A stretch of DNA of 64,000 bases, from contig NC_079239.1 of assembly GCF_027921745.1 (NCBI RefSeq), forward strand, positions 2,852,001 to 2,916,000. The letters are read 5' to 3'. Made by a program: the position numbers and the translations under genes. The notes under the pieces are model-generated. The model worked only from the letters and a program-made list of their open reading frames with translations, ran no database searches and had not been told where the DNA came from. Every line of letters begins with the position of its first letter. Within the stretch, counting starts at the first letter, position 1. Origin of the DNA: Schizosaccharomyces osmophilus (taxonomy: Eukaryota). Positions 22,201 through 32,982 of the stretch are shown one piece after another.

Positions 22201-22690
22201 AAGGAACTTGGCCTGAAGGGCTCGGGGCATTGATTGGGAAAAACTTGGATGCAACCATAGTACCACAGTCATAGCACTTAAAGCACTCCAAATGAAAGAC
22301 ATTTCCAAGAGCTCGGACATATTGACTAGCAATTGTTTGGTCACATGCTCCGCATGTTCTTGTAGAAGGCTTTCTTACATGACGTGGAGGACTAAGCGTT
22401 TCCGAACGTTTAAGACTTAATTGCTCACCTGAACCGGAAGGTATTCTTGCTGGTATACTCGCGGGTTTCGGTAACGGCTTTCGGGATTCTGCTGAGGTGT
22501 GTCGCCTGGACAAACCAGGAGCAAATGGATTATGTTCAGGTACTATACTGTTTCGAACTCTTGAAGAGCTTCTTCCAAATGTTGGATTACGATCTTGAGG
22601 TTGTTTTGTAGGAACTCTTCTTGGTTTTGTTGATACTGTTCCATTGTTGGAAATTAGTATCTCAAATTTATCGGCGTCCCTTTGGGACAT
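19274..22690 (-). CDS. rga1: LIM-domain Rho GTPase-activating protein
   Basis: N-terminal LIM zinc fingers and a C-terminal RhoGAP domain (GVFRKNG, LLKKFLRELPDPLL, KMDIHNLATVITPNIL). First ATG at 22690. Confidence 0.9.
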   Translation of the reverse strand: MSQRDADKFEILISNNGTVSTKPRRVPTKQPQDRNPTFGRSSSRVRNSIVPEHNPFAPGLSRRHTSAESRKPLPKPASIPARIPSGSGEQLSLKRSETLSPPRHVRKPSTRTCGACDQTIASQYVRALGNVFHLECFKCYDCGTMVASKFFPINAPSPSGQVPLCETDYFRRLDLLCANCGMALRGYYITALNKKYHIEHFTCTLCNTIFGPNDSYYEHEGEVYCHYHYSTLFAAHCYGCDGPILKQFVEIYRNGAFQNWHVPCHMIYKFWNVKLSQKTFESKNSGKHLSHTQLRKREKNLEQKIFHIWHALSCFEEYTASCISDMLLNVSNGAFKQSVLCAQKFIRYIEILFKGIDSLETALATFHAKSMPYIREAKLLCKKLVSIFALLAKCHNSDIRDVSVVQDFLSLFTGLAHYLKLLIRISLTGGLRLEQEHSCAHALPRFLLIMEESKFVDKGNYDESSLDIFLHLANANSDLCYVCHTALEEDCILVGDKHFHIGCLSCAKCGYTNRDNYDWARWNYELNQIECYLCYTDSSAPNSYDEQPVFQYVSRLSQYTYLLQIALIRLYAILKIHNAQVPNAPPIGNDRLPSYRLAPEKNLTSTEADNFKKYANTLNDLRRLKSSRSLKGISADAKAIFNSGESDFQANSEDPLVYNESKPNPVSESERPANEGVGGRIQTNLDRGMDAFDENRAFTLDDIPKVIAEQRNREHRPNAFRHMPSYTDSSVRKNTRYNAGTSGQQTIKTPSVETPARYLSELNSLEQLFVRHVTVLILYPLVRDYYSLEDLMEMSDLRKGGFWEKFGKAFKGKDNDKKSIKKKGTFSVPLEVLVERRNAYFGDLGSKQTPTFIDNTIAAMKKKDMSVVGVFRKNGNIRRLKELSDLLDISPESINYEEESPIQLAALLKKFLRELPDPLLTFKLFGLFITSSKLESEEERLRVLHLTICLLPKGHRDTMEVIFGFLFWVASFSHIDDEVGSKMDIHNLATVITPNILYSKSNDPVDESFLAIEAVHSLIENFEKFCEVPTEISILLDDPALFYNNAAWTSKELAKRCEDILTQMSVSDHISPKQVPSTKRRKQPIRKVTTSLTSEFPSGPEVAESTASSATTDRNDLLERSIAQNPGLKPQQAIIKET

Positions 22691-24042
22691 AATGTCCAAA
22701 ACGTTCCTAAACAAAATCTATTACCCTAATTATTATGCTAAATTTATACAGCTTCTTTAGGACTATCGATCGATTTAGGAACGGCTTCGATTTCCCAGCT
22801 TCTCTTATGTCTCCAATACACGATTACCTCTTTTGCTTTCAACAAGATTTAAAATAAAAGAAGTTGCCCAATAAATCAAGCTTCCTTTTCTAATGTTGAA
22901 CAACTTTTAATATTCGTCGATACTTCTTGTAAGATGTTGGTAGTCGTAGGATGTCGATAGTCCTGGATGTTTAAGGGGTGTACAGAATCTACAAACCGGT
23001 CTTCTAAACATCATGAGAATGAATGAATCAAAAATTACTGATTAATTAGCGATAATAATTCTTAAAATATAGAAATTTCTGTACTATACAATTAGAGTCT
23101 TAAACAAAGTATCCATAGATCACATGAAGAAGTTGCTTTTCGTGTTGTCACATAGAATACAACTAGAGACATTTCAATCTCATCTTGTTTGCGCTATTAT
23201 TCAGAAAAAAAGATGAAAATTTTAAGAGGCCTTTAGCTTTCATATTGGATGTTTCAACAAAGGTCACATAACTTGCTTCATCCAGCGCTTCATCTCGTAA
23301 GTCAATTCCTGGGAGAGTCATTTCCCTTTATATTTTCAACTAAACATTTTCAAGTAAAACATTAAAAGGTGCAACCCGCGAAATGATAAAGACGTTGCAA
23401 GTGATACCTATACCCTGCGAATGATTTACGCTTCCAAACAGAGACTAAAAGCTTCAAGCGAGCTAAAATCTCTTTCTATTAGTATTGTAAAGAGTATCTG
23501 AGTAATTCTGTTCAAAGAATTGTTTCAAAAAAATTCGTTTGATGAGTCCGATACAGGTAAATAACATAACCTCTTGAACTCCCTTACAAAAATCATAGGA
23601 GAAAATTCTGGAAAGCTTATAAGCATTTCAAAAAATTTCAGAAAATCACAATTTCTCGTTTGAAGGGTTACATTGCTTTAAAAAATGGGATAATCAAGGA
23701 ATTAGTGAATCGCAATTGAAGTCCTAGTTGGCTCCCATTTCTCTTCTTTCCTAACATTTTAGCCATCTATAGCATAGAAATAAAAGTTTAATAATAATTC
23801 AGATTTCCATAAGATCCAGAAACCCATTTTATTGTTGCATATGAAATCATGGCAGAAAGCTGCAAAGAAACAGCTTTCTTATAAATAAAAGGATTCTGGA
23901 TCATAATATATTAACTTCTATCCCTTTTGGTTGTCTAAGAATCGATACACAGAGCTGTTGATATATCATGGGTAGTTATAGGAATACCTGAGCAAACTTC
24001 AATCCCTCCACCAACATTTAATTTTCGTCAATATTTGCGGTA

Positions 24043-26617
24043 ATGGGGAAAAATGGATCACAATTAAAAAATTTAAAATCGTCTATCCGACAGGCGGATT
24101 TGTTTAGCGCGAAACCTGGTCGTAAAAAGGGAAAATCGAAAGGTGTAGATTCTCGAGAAGAGCGACAGACAAAAGTAGATAAAATTCAGACAGATGTATG
24201 TTTTATGATAAATTGAGTAACCTTATTTTTTACTAACTCGTATGCAGTTCAATTTGTTTGATCGACAATTCACGAGGAAAAAATTCGATGTAGGCGGTAG
24301 ACGCATCAAAGGTACTGAAGGCACTCCTGGCGTTAGTCGCAGTGTTGGCGAAGAAGTTCGAAAAAATACAATAGGTGAAAAGCTCAAGAAAAAGAATCAT
24401 GTGGGTGGTGTCATTGATCGCCGTTTTGGTGAAAACAATCCTCATTTATCTCTTGAGGACAAAATGCTTGAGCGTTTTAGTCGTGAACAGCAACGTCGTA
24501 GCAAAAAAGATATATACAATTTGGATTCAGAAAACGATGTCTTGACTCACGGAAAAAGACCCGTATCAGAATTGGATGACTTTGACGAACCCGATTTAGC
24601 TCTTAATGCCGAAGACGATGAGGGCCTAAACAACGAAGTTGTTCGTCGTATGCATTTTGGTGGTTTCGGAGAGGATGAGCCTCAAGAGGAAGAAGGTGAA
24701 CCAAAGCAAAAAAAGACCAAACATGAAGTCATGTCAGAGATCATTGCGAAGTCTAAAACGCATAAGGCAGAACGCCAAGCCGAGAAAGATGATTACGAAG
24801 GTGAACGTGAGAGATTAGATGAGGACATGGAAGACTTGCAAAGTGTGCTTTCGGATTTTAGAAAAGAGACAAGACGTAAACAAGCCGTAAAGAATCAAGC
24901 TTTGCGTCCCTCAGATGCTGATTCTCGGTATGATGAGTTTGTCCGAGAAATGGTATTTGATAGACGAGCTCGTCCTTCGGAAAGAACAAAGACCGAGGAA
25001 GAACTTGCTCAAATTGAAGCAGACCGTCTGCGTGAACTTGAAGACCAACGCCTTACTCGTATGCAAGATGATGAGGTTGATTATCCTGAAACACCAGAAA
25101 CCGAGGAAACAAGCGCCAATGCCACCGACAATGTTTTTGGTTTTGGCAAAGGTCTCACTTTGGAAGGTGAAGAAGAATCGGTGGAATCTTCCGAAAGTGA
25201 AGGTGAAGGTGAAGAAGAAGAGGAAGAGGAATGGGGAGGTATTGAGGAAGATTCTAAATCGGCTGATAATACGAAAAATGAGGTGAAAAACATCAAAAAA
25301 CCTTCAGAGGAAATTGTGTCAAATGGTAAACCTGCTAAGAAAGCATCGCTCGCTTATACCTATTCCTGTCCTACTTCACATAAACAATTTATGGGTATGA
25401 TTCAAGGTTTAAGCGTTGAAGATCAACTTATTGTTGTCACGCGTATTCGTACGCTTTATCATGTCAAGCTGCACCCAGAAAATAAAGCTCGTTTGGAAAA
25501 CTTCACTGTCGTACTTTTGCAGCATATTCTTTATTTATCAAAGAAATCGGAAGCATCCATGGAAATATTAGAGAAGCTCACTGACCATTTGGTATCTTTG
25601 GGACGTCAATTTCCCGAAACAATTAGTGTTTCTTTTATATCTGTGTTGGAAGGAATGCGTAATCGTTTATTGAACAGCTTTAAAGATCCTAATCTCAAAT
25701 TTCCTGATGTACAAGATCTCATGCTTTTTAATTTAGCCTGTTCCGTATTCCCTACGTCCGATAGGAAACACATTGTATTAAGCCCGATGGTTCTTACGAT
25801 GTGTGAATCATTGAGTCAATCACCATGGAGCACACTTTCTGATCTTTGTAGGAAACTATACTTGGCGAACGTTCTCTTGAAGTATCAACGTCTTAGTCAT
25901 CGTTATATTCCCGAAGTCATAGTTGTCCTTGGCCAGGTTTTGTATGTCCTTTGCCCTAGTGCAATGAAGACTATCCCTGGAACTTTTACTATCCCTGATA
26001 GCCTTCATGAGAAGCATAAAGCCTATGGTATTCAAGATTTATCTTTGGACGAGCCTCAGAAGCTTCGTCTTGTCGACTTAGCGTCCGTTCCTGTTTCAAA
26101 TCTTCAGTCATCGATAGTTATGGTTACGCTGAATCTTGTAAACGTTGCACAAAGTCTATATGCTAAGGAAAGCGCATTCTTGGAGATATATGAACCAATA
26201 TTTGATTTATTGCAACTTTATGAATCAAAGAAGCAACTTCTCCATAAAACTTTGTCAGAAAAGTTGACTCAGACTACAGAAAAATTGGCCACATTGCTCG
26301 AGTCTGCTAAGAGGGTGCGTAAACCTTTAACTTTACAAACACACAGACCTGTGGGTATCGTTAGTCAATTGCCTAAATTTGAAGAAGGTTACTCAGTCGA
26401 CAGAACTTCCTATGACATTGACCCTGAAAGAGCTGAACATAATAAGCTTCGTGCTCAACATCGGGATGCCAAGAAAGGTGCCATTCGTACACTTCGTAAA
26501 GATGCAAGATATATTGCTCGTGAAAGACAAAAGGAACAACGTTCCAAAGACAAAGTATACAATGACAAAATGGGTAAACTTCAAAATCGTTTGCAGCACT
26601 TTGATTCAGCTGTATAA
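24043..26617 (+). CDS. nop14: Nucleolar SSU processome protein Nop14; intron 24196-24247
   Basis: DRRFGE, EVMSEIIAKSK and KKGAIRTLRKD motifs. A 153-nt exon 1 (MGKNGSQLKNLK) is spliced via GTATGT..CTAAC..CAG. Confidence 0.92.
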
Positions 26618-26996
26618 AGCAAAAAAAGAAAAGGCAAATTTAGGAAGGCTACTATTTCATAATCATATTCTCGGGGTTTCGGTTAACATGGGTGTTTAAC
26701 TTTCTTATGGATTAGATATTAATAATATGTGGATACATGTTTTAGAATCTATATAAGGACAATAAAAAACATAAAATTTGGTTAACATAAATGAATTGAA
26801 TATCTAATATTCGTTAAAAGTATAACCAATTAAACAAAAAGGAGCACCTTACAAAGAAATAACAGCTTGGTGGTCTATGATAATGAAGTCTTTTGGTTCA
26901 TAGATATAGATATAAGGCGAACAAAGCCAAAAAGATCAAAGTAGCGGGTATTGTTTTTAATATAAAATATAGATGAAAAAATCATGAGCTTGGCAT

Positions 26997-28152
26997 TTAG
27001 TTGGTGTTTTGATCTTCCAATTCTTCAATATAGTGCATAGCTAGGAGGGCAGCTTGGCAACCGCTTCCGGCAGAAGTGATGGCTTGGCGATAAACCTTGT
27101 CTTGAACATCACCAGCGGCAAAGAATCCTGGGATGGAGGTGTGAGGTGTACCGTTAATGGTCTGAAGGTAGCCTTCAGCATCCAATTCGACTTGTCCCTT
27201 AACAAGATCGGTAGCGGGAATGTGGCCGATGGCATAGAAAAGACCGCTGACCTTGAGGTCAGACGAATCACCGGTAATGGTGTTCTTTACACGAAGGTTA
27301 TTTAAGAGTTTGCCATCACCTTGAGCTTCCTCGGTAACGGTGTTCCAGAGAACCTCAACCTTGGGATTATTGAGCAAACGCTTAGCCATGATAGGAGAAG
27401 CACGGAGCTTCTCACGACGGACCAAAACGTAGACCTTGCTGCCGTACTTGGTCAAAAATTGGGCTTCTTCAGCGGCAGAGTCACCACCACCAACGACAGC
27501 AAGAGGCTTGTTACGGTAGATGGGGACGGCACCGTCGCAGACAGCGCAAGCAGAGATACCGGCTTGCCAATACTTCTCTTCACCAGGGATGTGAAGACGA
27601 CGGGCGGAAGCACCAGTAGCCAAAATGACACTATCGGCGGTAAGGGGAGCACCTTCTTCCGCGCCTTCTAGCCAAAACTTGAAGGGACGAGAAGAAAGAT
27701 CCAATTTGGAAACAGTTTCACTGACAATAGTAGTACCGAAACGTTCGGATTGGGCACGAAACTTCTCAGTCAATTCAGTGCCGTTAACACCGTCAGGGAA
27801 TCCGGGAAAGTTTTCGACATCGGTTGTGGTGGTTAATTGACCACCGGCGGCGATACCGTTGGCAAGCATACCCTCGTACATGACAGGGCTTAATTCACCA
27901 CGGGCCAGGTAGATAGCAGCAGTATGGCCAGCAGGACCAGATCCAATAATAGCAACTTTTGAATGAGACACTAGAGACTAGGTTAGCATAGGTACACCAC
28001 AAAAAAAAAAAAAAAAAAGCAGCGCCACAGAAGAAAAGAAAGAAAGGAACCGTATAGATTGAAAAACTTGCTCCATCTTTAATCCTCTATCAAATCTGAA
28101 TGCGTTTTCTTCTTTTCTATTGCATATTCTTTTCTATAGAAAAATACATACT
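26997..28152 (-). CDS. trr1: Thioredoxin reductase; start codon split A|TG by intron 27971-28151
   Basis: GSGPAG, CAVC redox motif, GGGDSA and AAGDVQD. Donor GTATGT at 28151, branch GCTAAC, acceptor TAG at 27971; the spliced mRNA reads ATG TCT CAT TCA AAA. Confidence 0.95.
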
Positions 28153-28623
28153 AGTTATAGAATTAAATAGAGAAGTAGAAATCCAGCGACTTTGTAGTTG
28201 AGAAAATGTTGGTGGTGAGATGAGTTGGAATCTGTTTGAAAAAGTACCACCAGTGGAAGCGTATGGTGTTTGATCAAAAAACTTGTTCTTTCTCGAGTAT
28301 GAGATTTGTTTTCTGAATGAAAGATGCGAGAACTTGGCGGCAATATATAAGTTTCCAGAATTTGAAACACTTAGTCTTGATGAATAATGAAGGGTGTTCG
28401 AGACGCCTAGAATTTTATCAAGACGAAGTCGTCGATAAAGTCCAGTACTAGGCGAGAATGTGTTTGCTGACAAAGGGAGTTGGGAGTTATATAAGCGCAT
28501 ACCAAAAAGCAAAAAAGAAGAAGAAAAAAGACAACAATATCTCAAAAATGTTTATAAAATCCACGGCTGCTACAAAAGACAAGGAAATGAAGGTGAATGG
28601 AGCGAAGAGTCTACGAACAACGA

Positions 28624-28630
28624 TGACTAA
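28624..28630 (-). promoter_or_regulatory. Putative Pap1/Yap1 (AP-1-like) site TTAGTCA upstream of trr1
   Basis: TGACTAA on the + strand. trr1 is an established Pap1 target in S. pombe; the motif is short, so a chance match is possible. Confidence 0.4.
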
Positions 28631-28767
28631 GAAAGAAAAACGAATATCAGCCAGAGGCAACGTTTTGAATAGATAGAAAAAACTAATAAAAAATAAAATG
28701 AAAACAGAAAAAATGGATAGGAAGGAAGAACTACGGGTTTTTTGGTTTTCATAAACATTAATAAGCT

Positions 28768-28780
28768 GGGATTCGAACCC
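28768..28780 (-). promoter_or_regulatory. Isolated Pol III B-box (candidate extra-TFIIIC/COC site)
   Basis: Minus strand GGGTTCGAATCCC with no tRNA cloverleaf around it. Confidence 0.55.
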
Positions 28781-29223
28781 TAGTGCTGTGGCACAACTAC
28801 AGAACTTTAACGTGGTATGTTGTTATATTTTAGTGAAATGTGGTGTAATATCAAACAATTTTAACACAATCAAACAACGTCCTCGATATATAGTATTGCG
28901 TAATATGTAATTATGAACTAAGAAACGATAACGAAACCTAATGTAGGAAAAAATGCTGGTTGGAAAAGGGGAAAAGAAGTTTGAAAGAGATTTGTTTGTT
29001 TTGCAATTGATTTTTAATGTTTTCTATCAACAAGCTAGAGGAAAAAACAAGTAAATCATTCTCGAAGAGACTTTCCTTGGAAGGTTTTGTTTACTGTACT
29101 CGAAAGAGGTCCACCGTGTAAGTTACACCAGCAATCGTCTGTTGTGTAGGAGTAGCTGGTTCTACTACGACAGGATTTGGCTTGTCTTTTCATCCATTGA
29201 ATTTCCCTCTCGACCAAGCGTTT

Positions 29224-30240
29224 ATGCATTCTGTTTTAGTAATTGGAAGCGGGTTCCTCGGAAGCCACATCATTCGGCAATTATGCAAGCGTGAACAACT
29301 CCGAATTGCTGCGTTTGATCTTTTCGACAATGAAAAGCTGAATCAAGAAGTGGGCCACCGGTTCACCATGTACACTGGTGACTTGACAAAAAATGAAGAT
29401 TTAGATCGTGTTTTTTCTGCCTTCCAGCCCCAAACTGTCATCCATACGGCATCCCCTGTGCACAACTTGGGCCGTGACATTTATTTTCAAATAAACGTAA
29501 GCGGCACAGAAAACATCCTTCGTGTTTGTAAGAAACACAACGTAAATGCTCTTGTGTATACGAGCTCTGCAGGTGTAGTCTTCAATGGCGCTGACTTGAT
29601 CAATGTTAACGAAGAATGCCCCTACCCCAAAGTGCACATGGACGCTTACAATGAGTCAAAGGCACTTGCAGAGACTATTGTTCTTGAAAGCAACTCGCCA
29701 TCGCTACGAACATGTGCCTTGCGTGTTGCCGGTCTCTTCGGCCCTGGCGATCGTCAACTCGTTCCTGGTATGCTCTCCGTTTTGCGAAATGGCCAGACAA
29801 AGTTCCAACTTGGTGAAAATTTAAATCTTTTCGACTTTACCTACATTGAAAATGCTGCTCATGCTCATTTATTGGCCGTGGAGAACCTTCTTTCAAACAA
29901 CTCTACCGCCGCCGGCCAAGTGTTCTTTATCACCAACGGACAAGCTATCTACTTTTGGGATTTCATTCGTGCTATTTGGGCTAATGCTGGTCATGTCGCT
30001 CCGTACACTATCGCGTTCCCCCGTGCTCTGGGTATAGCTTTGGCCACTGCTGCTGAGTGGGCTTGCTATTTTCTCGGCAGAGAACCTGGTTTCACTCGTT
30101 TTCGTGTTCAATTCAGTTGTGCAAACCGTTATTTCGACATCACAAAAGCGCGGGAAATTTTAAACTACCGTCCTATTTACGATTTAGAGGAAGGAATTAA
30201 GCGTACTCTCCAATGGATGGATACTGAAAAAAATCTTTAA
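29224..30240 (+). CDS. erg26: Sterol-4-alpha-carboxylate 3-dehydrogenase (3-beta-HSD/NSDHL family)
   Basis: GSGFLG Rossmann motif, VIHTASP, YTSSAGVVF and catalytic YNESK. First ATG at 29224. Confidence 0.93.
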   Translation: MHSVLVIGSGFLGSHIIRQLCKREQLRIAAFDLFDNEKLNQEVGHRFTMYTGDLTKNEDLDRVFSAFQPQTVIHTASPVHNLGRDIYFQINVSGTENILRVCKKHNVNALVYTSSAGVVFNGADLINVNEECPYPKVHMDAYNESKALAETIVLESNSPSLRTCALRVAGLFGPGDRQLVPGMLSVLRNGQTKFQLGENLNLFDFTYIENAAHAHLLAVENLLSNNSTAAGQVFFITNGQAIYFWDFIRAIWANAGHVAPYTIAFPRALGIALATAAEWACYFLGREPGFTRFRVQFSCANRYFDITKAREILNYRPIYDLEEGIKRTLQWMDTEKNL

Positions 30241-30869
30241 TGTTTCTTTTGCATGTTCTTTTTCTCATCCCGAAAACACTTTGCCTTTGTGCACACCCAA
30301 TCCGAGGTTCCCCGGCATTTCCATTAATGTCAACGCATCAATTCTCGTCTCATGACTAACTTTCTCATGCTAAAATGCCTTGCTGTAATAAAAGCATATG
30401 ATTTTTTATCATTGCGCGGTGTTGTCTTTCGACTGTGTAGAATTCCTCAATAATCATTCGATACACCTTTCTACAGGTTGTTTATATAGAAATCGTAACA
30501 AGCTTGTATTCACTTTCGTTTTGGCACCACCCTATTAGTACGCTGACAATTGCTATCCTACATTTCTACCTAACAAACGATTCCTGCTAGTATCTTGCAA
30601 CTTGGAAACCGAAAATAACCAGCTGTATGGACTTTAAGCAAAATTCTGTAAAAAATAAAACAATTCTTTTCAAAATTAAAAGGTAAACTATAACAATAAA
30701 AATAAGAAAAATAAGGGTAACTACGCGAATCGAACATGTATACAGCCACTGCATTTCATCCTTCTCATAGCTAGCTACTGCAACTGTTATTACTCTCCTC
30801 CATTCTGTCTCAAAGAAAGCAACTTGGGCAAAAAATATAATAACGGAGTTCATTTCCTAAAAAGTAAAA

Positions 30870-32291
30870 ATGGTTAAAAGTGCATTAACATTGAAAAATG
30901 AAGCCAATAGCGCTCTAAAAGAAGGACATGTTCCTAAAGCTGTAGAGCTCTATTCTGAGGCAATCAAACTTGATTCCCAAAATGCTATTCTTTATTCGAA
31001 TCGTTCATTTGCGTACTTCAAGCTGGAGGACTATGGACTTGCTATTATTGACGCTACGAAAGCCATTGAAATTGATCCAAATTTTGCGAAAGCTTATTAT
31101 CGGAGAGCTTCTGCTCACATATCTCTTTTCCAGCCTAAAGAGGCGGCGAAGGACTATAAAATGGCTGTTAATAAAGCCCCGAACGATGCTACTGCTCGCT
31201 CAAAACTTCGAGAATGTGAAGGATTATTAAAAAAAATTCGATTCCAAGAGGCCATTCAAGTAAGTGATCCTCCATCTGCCTTGGCAAATATAAATATCGA
31301 CGACATGGATGTTTCTGCCGACTATGATGGTGTCAAACTTAAAGCCGTAATGACTGAAGAGTTTGTCCTCGACATGTTGGACCGTTTCCAAAACGGCAAA
31401 AAGTTACCTTTGAAGTATGCCTATAGTATTTTGAGGGATATCAAGGAACATTATGAGCAGGTCCCTTCAATGGTCGATGTTCATTTGAAAGATGATGAAA
31501 CTTTGGTAGTTTGCGGTGATACTCACGGTCAGTTCTTTGATCTTTTAAATATTTTCAAGTTACACGGTTCTCCAAGCCCTACCAATAAGTATCTTTTCAA
31601 TGGCGATTTTGTCGATAGAGGTTCTTGGTCTACTGAAGTTGCATTTACTTTATACGCTTTTAAACTCTTATACCCCGATTCCGTTTTCTTGAACAGAGGT
31701 AACCATGAAACCGATGACATGAATAAGGTTTATGGTTTTGAAGGAGAATGCAAAGCTAAGTATAATGAAAGAACCTTCAACATTTTCTCAGAAACTTTCA
31801 TCGCGCTACCTCTGGGTACTTTGATTGCTGACACCTATTTGGTATTGCATGGCGGTTTGTTCTCTAACGATAATGTTACTTTGGATCAACTTCGTAAGAT
31901 CGATCGTTTCAGTACGAAGCAACCAGGTCAGTCAGGACTTATGATGGAAATGCTCTGGACTGATCCCCAATCTGAACCGGGCCGTGGAGTTTCGAAGCGT
32001 GGTGTTGGTTTGCAATTCGGTCCAGATGTATCTAAAAAGTTTTGTGAAGCAAATGGATTGCGTGCCATTATCCGGTCTCACGAAGTTCGGGACCAAGGTT
32101 ATGAAGTCGAACACGACGGTTATTGTATCACAGTTTTCAGTGCTCCCAACTATTGTGACTCTACCGGAAATAAAGGAGCTGTTATCAAAGTTAAGAAGGA
32201 TATGGAACTTGATTTCCAGCAATTTCAAGCTGTTCCTCATCCCAATATTCGCCCTATGGCTTATGCAAATGGATTACTAAGTAGCATGTGA
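30870..32291 (+). CDS. ppt1: TPR-containing Ser/Thr protein phosphatase PP5/Ppt1
   Basis: N-terminal TPR repeats; GDTHGQ, GDFVDRG, RGNHE and FSAPNYCD motifs. Confidence 0.94.
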   Translation: MVKSALTLKNEANSALKEGHVPKAVELYSEAIKLDSQNAILYSNRSFAYFKLEDYGLAIIDATKAIEIDPNFAKAYYRRASAHISLFQPKEAAKDYKMAVNKAPNDATARSKLRECEGLLKKIRFQEAIQVSDPPSALANINIDDMDVSADYDGVKLKAVMTEEFVLDMLDRFQNGKKLPLKYAYSILRDIKEHYEQVPSMVDVHLKDDETLVVCGDTHGQFFDLLNIFKLHGSPSPTNKYLFNGDFVDRGSWSTEVAFTLYAFKLLYPDSVFLNRGNHETDDMNKVYGFEGECKAKYNERTFNIFSETFIALPLGTLIADTYLVLHGGLFSNDNVTLDQLRKIDRFSTKQPGQSGLMMEMLWTDPQSEPGRGVSKRGVGLQFGPDVSKKFCEANGLRAIIRSHEVRDQGYEVEHDGYCITVFSAPNYCDSTGNKGAVIKVKKDMELDFQQFQAVPHPNIRPMAYANGLLSSM

Positions 32292-32843
32292 ACCGTGCAT
32301 CCTTTGATTGTCCTTGCTTTACAGGTGTTGTTTGTTCTTTTTATTTCATTTTTAACTAATTTTGGTTACTTGTTTAAGCATCATCATCTTTTAAGCTGAG
32401 GCTTTACTGTGTTAACCTGTTGCGGAGCCTATATATTAAAAAGTATAGAGGATAGTTGTTTCTAATACTCTAGATTATTTATTTTAGAGGGAAGGCTTGT
32501 GTATTCTAATAGAAATCTTACATTTTAGACTATTCATTATGTTTGTAAAGCAGGGGACGATGTTTGCTGTTCATTCAATGTATTCAGGATCCTTTTTTTG
32601 TAGCTGAATTTGAATTTGTTTCATTCGTTTCCCTTGTAATTCTTTTTATTCATATTGTTTACTCTTTGTTACTGTCTAAAGTAACAAGTTTTGAACAAAC
32701 TGCTTTTGCTGAAAAAGCAGAGAAAGGATATAAACAATGAATTATTCTTTTTAATATTTACGAAATGGAATTGATCATTCAGTTTTGTGTCGCATTGCTG
32801 CTTTCTTGAATCACAATTTGTCTTTATCATAGTTTCTAGTATG

Positions 32844-32850
32844 ATGACGT
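32844..32850 (+). promoter_or_regulatory. CRE/M26 heptamer ATGACGT (Atf1-Pcr1 site) upstream of pho8
   Basis: Exact heptamer about 135 bp upstream of the ATG. Confidence 0.45.
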
Positions 32851-32982
32851 TCACCGTAACCTCGCGGGTGAAAACATAGAATCAATCCCTCTTGACATAT
32901 CCTCCCAAGAAGTCTTCTTAGGATTTAGTAAAATTTGCGTTCTTTTGCTCAAGTTTGAACGCTTTATACATACATCTATTCA

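Noticed and set aside
27054..27840. Several antisense and alternative-frame ORFs over trr1 (similar ones over sam1, rli1 and ade8)
   Set aside because: Shadow ORFs of highly biased coding sequence.
28720..28830. Possible tRNA around GGTTCGAATCC
   Set aside because: No acceptor, D or anticodon stems can be formed; kept only as an orphan B-box.
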